From the NCBI GenBank assembly GCA_047967505.1, contig CM106538.1: a stretch of DNA of 64,000 bases. The stretch is one strand, 5' to 3'. The notes under the pieces are model-generated. The model saw only the letters and a list, made by a program, of their open reading frames with translations, was not told where the DNA came from and did not search any database. Positions 1 through 12,519 of this stretch are shown here, piece after piece. This DNA is from Dipteris shenzhenensis (taxonomy: Eukaryota). A program made the position numbers and the translations under genes. Numbering within the stretch: the first letter of the stretch is position 1; each line of letters opens with the position of its first letter.

Positions 1-723
1 AGGATATATTATTTAGAGATTATTTTGTATGGGGAGGTTTATTCCCATAAGGGAGTTCTAACTACCGTGCAAGAGATGACACAAAAAGGATCAAATCCCA
101 TGAGGGAACTTGAAGTCCCATATGGCAAATAGAAATGCCTAAAAAGGGATATGGATAGAATATATTATTTAGGGATTTTTTGTATTGGGAGGGCTTAATA
201 TTTTATTTATTTACCCCTTTCAAACGTTTTCAATGCTTGCAATACTATAAAGAACATACCTATACAAATTATATCACCAAGCCAAAGAACTAAAAAGTGT
301 AAGTACTTGATGAGGAGCTTGTGAATTGATTCAATATTTTAAATAAATCATTCTAGTTAGTTAACCATAATAGTTGTATTTTTTCTTAGTTATTTTATAA
401 GGGATTGGTTCTTATAAAAAATCCCATCAACAATATCATGTATTAACATACAGCAATGCTTGGATTCCAGAAACCTATATTTTCGTTATAGGATATCCAG
501 GAGTTATGACGTTAAGTGTCCTATGATTAGGTCCCTTCTTCTAAATCTAATAGGTATCATTTCCCTTCTCACTTTCCATTAGTTTTGTGATTGTTGTTGT
601 TTGAAGTAATATTTAAAAGTGCCTCAATTTGGCCTTGTATTGTTTTTTGGCTCAAAGAGCCTAGGACTAGATTTAAACCAAGAAAGACACATAGGATCCT
701 CTCCAAAATGACAACCTAAAGGC

Positions 724-1000
724 CACTACAAGAAAAATAGGTAGAAATGGCAATAGGAAATGGCATACAATTTTCATTTTTGCAATTTCTTATGTATGAA
801 AAGGCAGCCATTTGTCAAAGTGCCATATATTTGAAGAAATGGCAGCTAGAAATGGCAACCAATTCTTGAACTGCCATTTCTTGGGAGGAAATAGCAATAG
901 GAAATGGCAAGCTTTTCTTGTTTGCCATTTTTAAGGAATAAATGACAACACAAAATTGCAACAATTTCTTAACTTCCATTTCTTATGATGAAATGGTAGA
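724..1000 (+). mobile_element. CACTA/EnSpm-like element left end with subterminal repeats
   Basis: CACTACAAGAAAAA at 724, followed by many AAATGGCA / TGCCATTT motifs in both orientations. No matching right end found. Confidence 0.65.
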
Positions 1001-2550
1001 TGTTCTTCTAGCACGTGTCTATGTCTGATGGATATGATACTCTATGTAGGATCTAATGAAAGTAGGATTCTTGTTCTTGCAAATTTTGATGTGGATCAGC
1101 TTTCATTTTCATGGTTCGGCATGTGCAAGTGCAAATAATGTGCATCAATGTGCTTCTAGCATATGTGTGTGTGTCCAATGGGTATGATACTTTGCAAGGA
1201 TTTAATGAGAGGAATATCCTTTCTCTTGCAAAGTATGATGTGGATTAGGTATCATTTTCATGGTCACACATAAGTATTTGTACAATTCTTACCATGCGTC
1301 ATGCAAGAGTGTTAAAAACATGCATAAGTTTGCTTCTAGCATATGTATGTAAGTATGATAGGCATGATAGTTTGCATAGGCCTCAATGAGAGTATGTTCC
1401 TTATTCTTGCAGAGTTTTATCTAGATTGGACATCATTTGCATGGTTGGGCATGTGTACATCATCCACACTTCTTACCATGCATCATGCATGAGTGTTAAT
1501 AAAAATGCATCAGCATTCTTCTAGCCTTTGTGTGTGTGTGTGTGTGTGTGTGTTGGAGGTGTGTTGCTTTGCATAGTCCTTAGTGAGAGTAGCATCATTC
1601 TTCTTGCAAATTATAATGTGTATCAGATAGCATCCGCATGGTTGGGCATACATATTTCCACAATTCTTACCATGCATTGTGCATGAGTGATAAAAATATA
1701 AACTAGTGTATTTCTAGCATATTTTTCTATGTCTGATGTGGGTATGATACTTGTATAGGGATTAGTTACAGTAATTTATTTTATCTTTCAAAGTTTCATG
1801 TGGATTGGGTATCATTTGCATGGTCAGGCATACGTACTTCCACAATTCTTACATGCATTGTGCATGAGTAATAAAAATATGCATCGGTGTGCATACATGT
1901 ATGTCTTTGATGGATAGAATAGTATGAACAGACCTTGAAGAGAGTAATTTCCATGTTCTTTTATGTGAATAGGGTATCATTTTCATGGTTGTACCTACAT
2001 AGTTTCACGTTTCTTTACTTAGCATGTGTTGTGCATGCATGCCAAAATATGCATCAATGTCCTTCTAGCATATTTATATGTGCTCAATGGATGTGATAGT
2101 TTTCACAAGGATTAATGAGAGTAATATCCTTGTGATTTAAAATTTTGATACGGAGTTGGTATCATTTATGTGTTTGAACACGTGTATCTCCACATTTCTT
2201 ACCATGCATCATGTATGAGTGTTTAAATATGCATCTGTGTGTGTCCAATGGATATGATACTTTGCATAGGACTTCAGTGAGAGAAATAACCTTGTGCTTA
2301 CAAAGTTTTATGTGGGTCATGTATCATTTGCATGGTTGGGCATGCATATTTTCAAATGGTTGGGCATGTGTGTCCGATGGATATGATATCTTTCCTAAGA
2401 CTTCATGAGAGTATAATCCTTATTCTTGCAAAGATTTTCAAAACATTTAATGGTCAGGAATGCATGTTTCCATAGTTCTTACCATGCATTGTGCATGAAT
2501 GTGCTTCTAGCAACTCTGTGTATCTCCCATGGGTATGATAATATGCATGT
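1000..2550. repeat. degenerate tandem array, ~180-bp unit, ~9 copies
   Basis: TTCTAGC anchors near 1006, 1154, 1334, 1519, 1712, 2063 and 2505; recurring GGTATCATTTGCATGGTT and TTCTTACCATGCAT motifs. Confidence 0.8.
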
Positions 2551-3179
2551 AGCACCTGTAACTATCAAGGTAAACATTACAGTTAAACATCAAAGGTATC
2601 AAATCAAAGTACTCAGAGAGATACTCAGAATGGAAATACATAGTGCATATAGGAAACACATAGATTGCAAAATGAATGTATGAATGAACACAAGAGTTCA
2701 GAAACTACCTTATGGACCCCTCGATATTGTTGGCAATCGACGAACAGGCTGGTAGTTGCCACGCTTGCACCACTCGGTATTCCCACCTAAACCCAGAGAT
2801 TGTTAATGCCTTAACACATGGCACTCATGGTGGACTATGCAAATCTACAATGCTCAATCGACTCATTATTAGAATTTAGATGCATGAAAAGTGCATAAAA
2901 TCATTCTGGCCAAGCCAAGGTAGAGAACTTGTGAAAGAAAAACTAATCTCTAAGAATTCCTCAATACAACAAGAGTTTAAGAACAATTGCTCAGTAGGAA
3001 TCATCTACTTTATTTCTTTGGGACCCTCACTGTCGACATAGTGAGGTCAGAACTAGGATCACTGACCTCGTTGGTGCTCGCTCCCTTTGATTCGCATAAT
3101 AGACATTGTTTCAGATGCTCCTTAGCTTGCTGTTCATGCCTGTGAATTCTTTGATTTTGGACTCCTTTCAATGTCCATC

Positions 3180-4560
3180 AACCACTATATTCGGTGTGGC
3201 TGGTTGTAATCCACATATCCTAGTTTGTTCCACTTCTCCCTCTCCATCCGCTCCATCACACCGCAAGGAAGATTGAGCATGGTGCACTCACGATGAGTGA
3301 GTGGATGCTGATAGACATGCAGAAATAGGGATGGGGAATATGCCAATGGCATAAAAGGAGTGTGGTTTTTGGAGTAGTGCTGGTGCAAAAACTGGTCCAC
3401 CTCATGCCACCAAGGTGAGCGAGGTGGCAGATGTAGTGCCAAGGAGTGTGCACTAAGCTCCAACCAAAATCACACTTGCTATAAGCCCCGTTGCAATTGC
3501 TGAATTTGATTAGCCTCCCATGTCTTCAAAAGTGTGGGTTGGAGCATGATACTTCGCCTCCCATTTCTTTGGATCAACTACCACATTGCGTTTTCTCTTT
3601 GTCTACTGCACCCCCGTTTTTGCCACCCTATTGTTGTAGTTTGGATCACAATTGCCCTTATTATTGGAAGCGTTGTAGATTGTCCGAAACTGCCACCCGT
3701 AGCACCAACCGCACTGCCCTCTGCATAGGGGTCCCACCTTCCTACATTTGGATAGTGGCAATTTTCCAAATCGATGGCATTGTGCCACCACTGAATGTGG
3801 CTCTCCCATTCCTTTATGCACTCACTGCAGGGAGCTTAGGAGGTCGTCCAACTAGTCCACATCAACTGATACATTACTAAAAAATTCCACCCGTAGATAA
3901 TGAACCAGTCCTATTGAAGTTCTTCTCCGCAGCGATGCTCTGAATGTACTCCTCATGGAGCGGCTAGATGGCCTCTGTTGATGCTTTTGCATCATGTACC
4001 CTCAACTCTAAGGTAGTAAGTCATGTCTCCATCTACCTCATGTGGCTTGTCTGAGTCTGCCAGAGCATAGCGTTCTCCCATCGAAGCATGGCTACCTCTG
4101 TTTGCATATTCTCAAACTATTGCTATCGGTACTAATGTGTAGACCCCACTGGTGTGCTATATCAATTATAAACCATGCACACACCTTCAACTGGGTAGCC
4201 TGTGTCACTGGTGGCTGAAGTGGGCACCAATGGCAACACCATTATCATGGAATCAGCTGTTTTCCTAAGAATTGCTGAAAGGGGAGAACTCAAACATATC
4301 ATTTGGGAAAAGGTCATCCCCACCCTCTCCTTTGCCACTATGGTCACTGGTTTGGTGCTTGAGCTGATCAATTGCAAGATCCTTTCCCTCCATTGCTCCA
4401 AGCTTGTACCTAAGGGAGAAGAAGAAGTAGGACCCAAAAGTGACTGTGAACTTACCCTTGTGCTAGGCCGAGTGGTTGTCGCAGTCATCACTACAACCAC
4501 AAAAGTTTCCATGACTATAGTCACAAGGTTAGGTGGGGAGCTCACCCCAAATTCTCCTGG
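3180..4560 (-). pseudogene. possible highly degenerate retroelement gag-like remnant
   Basis: Broken minus-strand ORFs with coding-like composition (e.g. PWWHEVDQF); no decisive motif. Confidence 0.25.
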
Positions 4561-5606
4561 AGGTCTTGAAACTATGGGTAGAGGCGTCGATGCTCTGCTG
4601 TTGTTATTGTTTCTACCTTCCTCCCTGCGTCTCTTTTTGTTTCTACCTTCCTTCCTATGCCTCTATTTGTTCCTCCCCTACGCTCCTGAACCACTTGTGT
4701 CAAATAATAGCTCTCCATGCGCACTTCATCTAGCTGCTACAACACATCCATGCAATATGCCATTGACTCCTATGGAAGAAACCTATTGACGACCGCAAAG
4801 AAGTGCACAAAGGAAGATTTTGTACATGAAGCTGAATACATATATTCTTGCTTGCATTTGCAATGCAGCTTATCAAAATATGTTAGGCTTTGTGGTTGTG
4901 GAGATGCATTGGTTGAAGGTTATCTCTCTAATTCAAATCATGCTACCTATTCTTTGGAGGCTAGAATCGCACTGATGCATATATGCGAAAGATTGAATTG
5001 AAAATGCATCTGAACAAAGTTAATCATCATTAAGAGATCACTTTAGTAATAATATTTTGTACATGTAGCAACTTTTGTGCTTACAATCACCTGCCATAGA
5101 CTAATGGCCATAAACCTCGAGACCCAATATATATATAGAAAGCCACAAATAAATATTGACAATCTAGTATAGCACTACATCAATGTTACCCACAAAAAAT
5201 GGATCAATGGCAAATAGTAATGTAGAAGGATGGTGGAGGATTACAAAACCCACATTATCTAGAGATTACCCATTCAAACAGGCACAAAATTTCATACCCT
5301 CTTTGCTGTAAGCATGGGTTAATATCATGTAGAAACATCTATTGCCTTGTAGTTCCATGAACTTGTTCCTTATCCCTTCATTTGTGACTATGCTTAAATA
5401 GCCATGCCTTCTACATGGGGGTCCTTTTACGAAACATAAATTTTTGTGAAGTAAAATGGCACTTTCCCTTGGTTTTGACAATGAAGAAAGTTACATAATG
5501 CATGTAGAATTTTGGAAAGCTGATGGTTTTCATAAAAACTTCACAAATGAGAACTATACAAAACATATATCAATTGTCATCTTTAACAAACTACACTCAT
5601 GTGACA

Positions 5607-5720
5607 TAAAAACCATGAAATCGACCTAGTAGTTGTACATTTCAAAAACCATGAAATTGACCATGTAGTTGAATATTTCAAAAACCATGAAATCGACCAA
5701 GTAGTTGAACATTTCAAAAT
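5607..5720. repeat. ~36-bp tandem repeat x3
   Basis: AAAAACCATGAAATyGACCwwGTAGTTGwAyATTTC repeated three times. Confidence 0.85.
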
Positions 5721-7884
5721 GTCGAATTCAAAGTGACTTCCATGAAATATGCATATCCATATGTGGGAAAGATACATTTGTGGGTGGGGATCTAGGACTC
5801 CATTTTCCATCAGCTAATAAAGCTTAAAAGGTTTTGGGAAATTTTTGGCCTTCCATATGTGGTAGCCTAAGTGAAGCCGACCGGCTTTTGAAGAAGCTCA
5901 TTTTTCCATGGGATCAGAGCCACGTGGTAGAGATCTAGAGATCCCAGTTTTGTTTCATCTAGATCAGCGCCCCTTTCCCTTTCTCTCTCTCCGGCCCCCT
6001 CCCTCCGACTGCCTCTCTTCCTTTCTCTCTCTTTCTTCCTCCTCTCCGGCAGGCCTATTGAATGATACATGTCATTCATCTTGTTTATCTTTCAATCTCC
6101 TTTCCCGCTCCCCTTCCTACAATACAACTCCATCTGCCCCTTCCAGCTGCACACAGACGATTTTTGCTTTTCATAGGAACAGATTATAGTACGTAGAATA
6201 TCCTGATTTTCACCTCAGCACTTGTCTGGGTACGGCCCCAAATGCAATTTATGTGGCTTCCAAGAAGTTAGATAGGTACCTACGCAATGCCAACACGCAC
6301 GTTGATCAAGTCGAAGAAATACTGTAAGGCAATCTTCTTTCTAGATTTTTTATATTTCTTATTTGTGTGACTTGTAACATGATTCCGTTCATTGTAGCAT
6401 GAACCATATCCTTATTTCCGTTCAATCTCCGATTCTAATTAGATCTACTCCCACACCTTTGCCATTTTGCGGTGGATGCCATAGCCTAGATGCTTGGAGG
6501 CAAAGCCATTGAGGGGCGTCCTGCTTGAAGTCACGTCTCGAGTGCTCATCAGGTATTTTGTTTGCCTATAGAAAAATTGATTTGGAAAGAAATTCCCTTA
6601 TGTAGGTAGACACGGATTGTGAGGAAAGGATCTTCTCTTTCTCTTACTCTTAACGCTTCTAATACGCTTGTGGAAAATGTTTCTGCACTCTTTGGAAGAC
6701 TACAAAAATGCCTGAACAAGCTGAACAAGTCTAGAGATGGCACACATTGTATGCGCCCTCTCTCAGAGGAAAGGTAATATGCTCCTCTTGATTCTATGCT
6801 TTGACTATGATCAGTCGCTAAGAAGGTTAAGATTCTTGATAGAATTCTTCGCACTTTTGCAAGGTACTGTCATGTTTGCATGTTCCAGTTCCATTGTTCA
6901 CCTGCCAAACAATCTTTAATGAACAGCCTGATGACCAAATGAAAAGATATTCCTAGTTTTCTGTATCTAGAAATATAGAATAAATTTTACCTTATTGGAA
7001 GGAGAACTATTTCTCACCAAATCAAAATGATCAGATCCTGTATGTCCTAATTTCTCAGCTGGGTGTTCATTTCAAGTCAACAATGCCAACTGTCGATTTT
7101 TGCCTCTATTACAGCATATGCTAAACGTGATATTAGTTGTCCCTATTGCTCTCTAAGTTTGTGTCAATCATCTGAGGCCTTTTGATTCCCTTGTAAACTA
7201 AGTCATTGTCTTGTTCCCCTGACTCTTCGCCTTGCATAGAGCTTTGTTTAACCTCAAGCTCTATTAGCTTGTGGATTTGCACACCTGCTTGTTTCAAATG
7301 GAGATTGATTGACAAGCACCCAATGAGGAAAGGTTTGAATGACTTCAACAGTCAATTGGCAATGGTCATCTGGTATTGATCGTTCTATTACAATAGTTGA
7401 TTTGCACGGGCAATGCATCCTTTGGTGGTAGAAGTGATGCATCCTCAACTGTGCATTTATTTGCAAGATATTTTAGGAAACTTAGCTACTAGTCCACAAC
7501 AATCTCCAAACTCAGAACGACCTTTCCCCATCTCCAGTCCCTCATATCTAGTACAAACAATAGAAGAGCAGTTGATTCCTTGGCAATATTTTGCACAAGT
7601 ATCCTCGATCACTTAACACTAAATTCATAGCATGACTTTGCCACTAAACTGTTCTTAAGATGATCTAGAAGGCATGATCTCTTTCTATTTGCTTCTCTTA
7701 TCTCTCTCATGGCATGAGGTCTTTTCTCTCTTTGTAACTTGGGCCATACCTCTTGATGCCCTCCTTGCATGGTGAATGGCACCGAAAGAAAGAAACTCTT
7801 GTGTGTTCTCTAGTAGATGTCTATCATGTTGCTATCAGCTGTGTTGGGTGCTTGTCGAAGGTCGAAGAATATTGAGGCTGAAGG

Positions 7885-8605
7885 CATAGTTAGGGGAAAC
7901 GGAAACGGGGAAATGGGGAAAAACGGAAACGTTTTGAGATTTTTGGGAGGGCTGAAACGGGGAAATGCCATGTCAGCAAGGGGGGGTTTTAGAAAAGGGG
8001 GGTTTGAGATGAGAACACCCACATTTAGAATGCTACAGCCTACAACCTACCTGTAACTTAAAATATAGTACATAATACTTACCACATCACTTAGAAGTTA
8101 GAACTCAGAACAAGTTACAAATTAGAACTTGGAAGTTAACTTAGAAGGTTGAAAGAGAGGGCTGAAAGAGGGGGCTGAAGGAGGGTTGAAGCTTGAAAGA
8201 GAGCTGAAGGAGTGGAGTTTGAGCTTTGAAGGAGGGCTGAAGGGAAGTAGATGATGATGGAGGGTTGAAGCAGCGTCCATGAGAGAAAGGAGTACAAAGG
8301 AGTGAATGGGGCTCAAGGAGGGCTGGAAAACCTTGAGTATGGAGAGAGTATGAGGCTGAAGGAGTGAAACATTGCACAGGAGGCCAAAATCGAAATCAAA
8401 ATGACCAAAATCGGCGGATTTTTGAGACCCTAGACACTTTGTTGTCTGAAACGGGCCGTTTTTGTGTCCTGATACGTGTTTCAGACTGGCTGAAACGTTT
8501 CAGCCAGCCGTTTCAGGGTCCTGAAATGCGTTTCAGGATCCAGGCTTCCCTGAAACGGTGTTTCAGGCCTGGCTGGGCTTTGAAACACGCTTCAGGGTAA
8601 CTGTG
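7885..8605. mobile_element. non-autonomous DNA transposon (MITE-like) with short TIRs and 5-bp flanking duplication
   Basis: Starts CATAGTTA and ends TAACTGTG. GAAGG lies at 7880-7884 and 8606-8610. GAAACG/CGTTTC subterminal motifs occur at both ends. Confidence 0.65.
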
Positions 8606-9199
8606 GAAGGCATACATTTGAAAATTTGAGGAGACTAGATCAAAATCTTCATGCAGCCTATGTTTGCCATTTATGCTACTGCTCATATATGCGAGGACTG
8701 TGATAAGTTCCACGTCATGATAAAGAATGCTTAAGCATAAAATAAAGTTAGGATAGAGCTGATATGGAACGACCTTAGAGAATTTTTGCATGTGTTTGTG
8801 TTGGAGGAGTAGTGATTCTAAAAAATGCATGGTATGAGATCAAAATCTGCTCCATTGTGAGCATGAGATGTGTGCCATATGGGAAGATCATCATGGACTT
8901 GCCTGGCCCAACTCTATGCTGCTCTGCGGATAGCTTATAAGCTAACAAATGGGCATCTTGTTGGCAGATTTGCCAGTAGGAATGGTAGAGGAATGGTCAT
9001 GTAGGCTGAGTAGAAAAGCAGCACAGATTGGCAAAGAATGGGGCAGGTGGAAGCTCAGCAAATGGGACTATATACAGGCTGGAAGGGGACTTAAATATGG
9101 TATGACCTGGTTGGTCAAGATGGACCAGTTTTTGGGTTAGCAGCCAACAAGCCAGTCTATAGATTTGTAGACCAGAGAGTTTGTAGAAAGGCCCATTGG

Positions 9200-10620
9200 C
9201 CAGAAGATGGGCGTTGTCCACTATTGCAGATGGACGTGAAGTCCACACCCTTTGATGGGCAGATTAAGGGGGAGGTCTATGTTGAGCAGACTGTAATTTT
9301 TGAGGTAAAGGAGAAGCACTTGGTGTGCAAGTTGAAAAGGCATTGTACGGGATGAAACAGGCCTAAAGAGCTTGGTATCAAAGGATTGATTAGTTCTCTA
9401 CCAGGATTGGACTCACTTGGAGTTCATGAGACGCCAACCTCTACACATGCGTACAAGGTGATCTTGTCATGCTCATCATATTATACGTGAATTGTGAATG
9501 ACCTCAACCTCTTTCAAAATGATCAGAAAAGAATAGGAGATACACCGGTCACACTACAAAATGAATTTGAGATGACAGATCTTGGGGAGCTTCGTTACTT
9601 CTCAGCATGGAGATTCCTTATCCAGCATAGGTATTGTGTGGAACTTCTAAAGAGATTCTGGATGGCGAATTGCAGTCCAGCAGTTAATCCTATGGATCCA
9701 GGGGTCAGTGTTCCAAATATGACTCTTCTGCCATGGTGGACAGCACACAACATCACCAGTTTGGGATGTCTTCTCTATCTCACCAGCACACAACATCACC
9801 AGTCGGTGGGATGTCTTCTGTCATGGTGGACAGCACACATCACCAGTTGGTGGGATGTCTTCTCCTTCTCACCAACACAAGCCCAAACATATCTTTTGCG
9901 GTTAGGGTGTTGAGCAGGTTTTCACAAATCACCACCAGTCACATCGGTCTGTAGGTTTTAGCTTGAGTTTTTAGGGGACCTAATGTCATGTAGAACACCA
10001 AATTCAAATCGTATATTGATTGTTTTCTCCGATATCTAGAGGGAACACATGATTATGGTATCTGCTACTCCCAAGGGGCTCAGCTGGAAGGATCCACCAA
10101 CTCAAATTGGGGAGGAGACATTGATACTCAGGATTATGGTATCTTCTACTCCCAAGGGGTTGAGGTGGAAGGATACACTGACTCAGATTGGGGAGGAGAC
10201 GTTGATACTCGACAGTCTACTACAGTATCTAGCTTCTTGCTTGGCTCGTGATTCATTTCCTGGTCAAGTAAGAAACAGCAAACGGTGGCACTCTTTTCAA
10301 AAGAATCAGAGTACTGAACTGCGAGATTGGCATCGTGCGAAGCTGTCTGGCTCAGATAGTTGTTATCGATGGGGGACATGCACAGGATGACCCTACAGTA
10401 ATCCAGTGGGACAATGAAAGCTGCATTGCAATTGCATTATTATTATTATTATTGCTACACAATCCAGCATTCCATAATGGCACGAAACATATAAAGGTGG
10501 ACTGTCATTTCATCTGCAAGCTGATTGGAGCAGATGGTAGAGCTTGTTCATTATTCAACAAAGGAGAATGTAGCTAATCTCCTGACGAAGGCATTTTCTA
10601 GGAGCAGCTTGAATATCTTC
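9200..10620 (+). pseudogene. Ty1/Copia RT-RNase H remnant
   Basis: Frame-hopping motifs QMDVKS, LYGMKQA, EFEMTDLGELRYF, SWSSKKQQTVA, HNGTKHIKVDCHFI. Many stops and small internal duplications (9730-9880, 10070-10220). Confidence 0.9.
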
Positions 10621-10656
10621 TTTAGCTTGTGTATATTGGCCCACAGCCAGAGGGGT

Positions 10657-11150
10657 TGAAATAGGGCAGCGCCTCCCTGTGAGCTCCTTTGCCAGGACAT
10701 TAGGGCTGCCATGGTTTTTGTATTTAGGTGTTATTATGCCCTAGTTTTGGCAGGAACCTGAGAGGGAATCCTTTTTAGGGTTAGATTTAGTAGGGGCTGA
10801 AGACCCTGCTGTTTGCAGCAAGCTGCTGCAGACTGTGGCAGCCTTAGTAACTGCCCTGGGCTGCCTGGAGCAGTCCAAAAAAAGGCCCAGTAGTAGGGCC
10901 TTTTATAGGCCAGCAACCAGGTGTCACAGACCTAGTCTGTACCAGTTGACTAGCCAACCAGATTGGTCAGCTGACCGACTGGCTAAATCGGCTAGTTCTG
11001 GCCGGCTATATAACCCCTCCATTTGTGTCACTCCTACATTTAGCAGTCTCTCCTGCGAATTGTTTCATGCCTACCGTGTCTACCTAAGCCTCTCCTACAG
11101 GCTTGTGGAGCAGAATTTCTGGTGCAGCCTTCAGTTTTTGCTGGAACTTT
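10657..11150 (+). repeat. probable 3' LTR of the Copia remnant
   Basis: Follows RNase H and the purine tract AGAGGGG, starts with TG, contains TATATAA near 11006. The right boundary is approximate. Confidence 0.5.
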
Positions 11151-12316
11151 AAAGTGACTTTTTGATGCAACAATATATTTTCAGTTCTGAACACTATGTT
11201 TTTCTCAGTTATCTGCAAGTCGAATTTCTTTGTGTGCATAGTAGTGCAAATTATCTCCTAGGCAAATCTCTCTTCTACTTTCTACACTCTAAATTGAATT
11301 GTTTCTGACCAAATAGGCATGTGTATTCTTATACCAAGCTCTGGGAGCATGTTGAGACCCTTACGCCACATCTAACATTATGCACCAACCAAAGTGCTTT
11401 TCTCAGCTTATAGGTTGGTACTATTTGAATGTGCATATTTTTTATAGTAATTGCATTGTGTAGTTTTGTAGGATGTTATCGTGATCAAAACCTACCATTG
11501 GTGGACTTTGTTTTGAAAATTTGATCAAGTATTTATGTGTAACTTATAAGAATATTGTTGCTATCCTAACTTACTGATTTATGCTCTTCACAATGTGTTT
11601 CAATATGATTGAATTCCTTGAATTGATTATCTAGATCGACACTTGCTTTGGTTTAAATAGTGAAAATTTCTTGGATCTGTAAGTTTATACTTCTCAGCAT
11701 CATGCTCCATGTATGATATGAGATGCTCTCATCACAACATATCTGGTATGATGGGGTGCTCAAGATGTTGGTGGGAGTATGTGGGGGCTAGGGATTGCAA
11801 GGTGGTTGACTTGGAGAACAAGTGGAGGGCTATTTTGAGACAAACTATCACAATACTCCAAGGTTCTTGATTATGTATAGGGTTGTTTGAGTAATTGATA
11901 CTAGATCTTGTTGTTTTACTGATGGGGTCATTGGTGTAGGTGGAATAGAAGGCAATCACGCTCCTTCAAGGTCTCTATTGGTAGCGTAGAGTTGCTTTTT
12001 AAGCTATATATCTGAAGTCCCAGTTACAGGTTTGTCAATTCAACATGGTTTTTTGTAAGAAGAAATTTATATGGGATTTAGTCTTTTTGTTTTTTCGTAG
12101 CAGGTTGATTTTTTTGGAGAAGGTGGCAATCTGTATGGATCAAAGTGTCAACCTAGGGTTGGAAACCATAGTCTATCTCCTAGCCAGACAGTGAGATAGG
12201 AAGGACAACCATTCTTGAGATAGGATGGTAGTTTGAGTTCTTAGTTTAACTGCTTTAATTTCAAACGGTGTGGTTGTGGAATCTCTTAAGATAGAGATAA
12301 AGCTTTAGCAATGTAT

Positions 12317-12321
<5 letters not shown>

Positions 12322-12375
<54 letters not shown>
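12322..12375. repeat. (CT)n microsatellite
   Basis: Seen directly. Confidence 0.95.
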
Positions 12376-12519
12376 TGTCCCTTCTTTTGATTGTTCTGCA
12401 AACATTTTATGAGTCTCTTCTAATATTTAGTAGAGAAAGCATCTTGGTTTTTAATTGTCTTATGGGAAAGAAATATTTTGGGTGAAAGAATGACAAAACA
12501 TGATATACATGATGCAATA

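Noticed and set aside
5867-7620. Possible host gene (CT-rich leader, scattered splice-like sites, short ORFs)
   Set aside because: No recognisable domain or consistent exon chain could be built.
8945-9200. Inverted LTR fragment before the Copia RT remnant
   Set aside because: Only weak resemblance to the 10657-11150 LTR; cannot be supported without an alignment.
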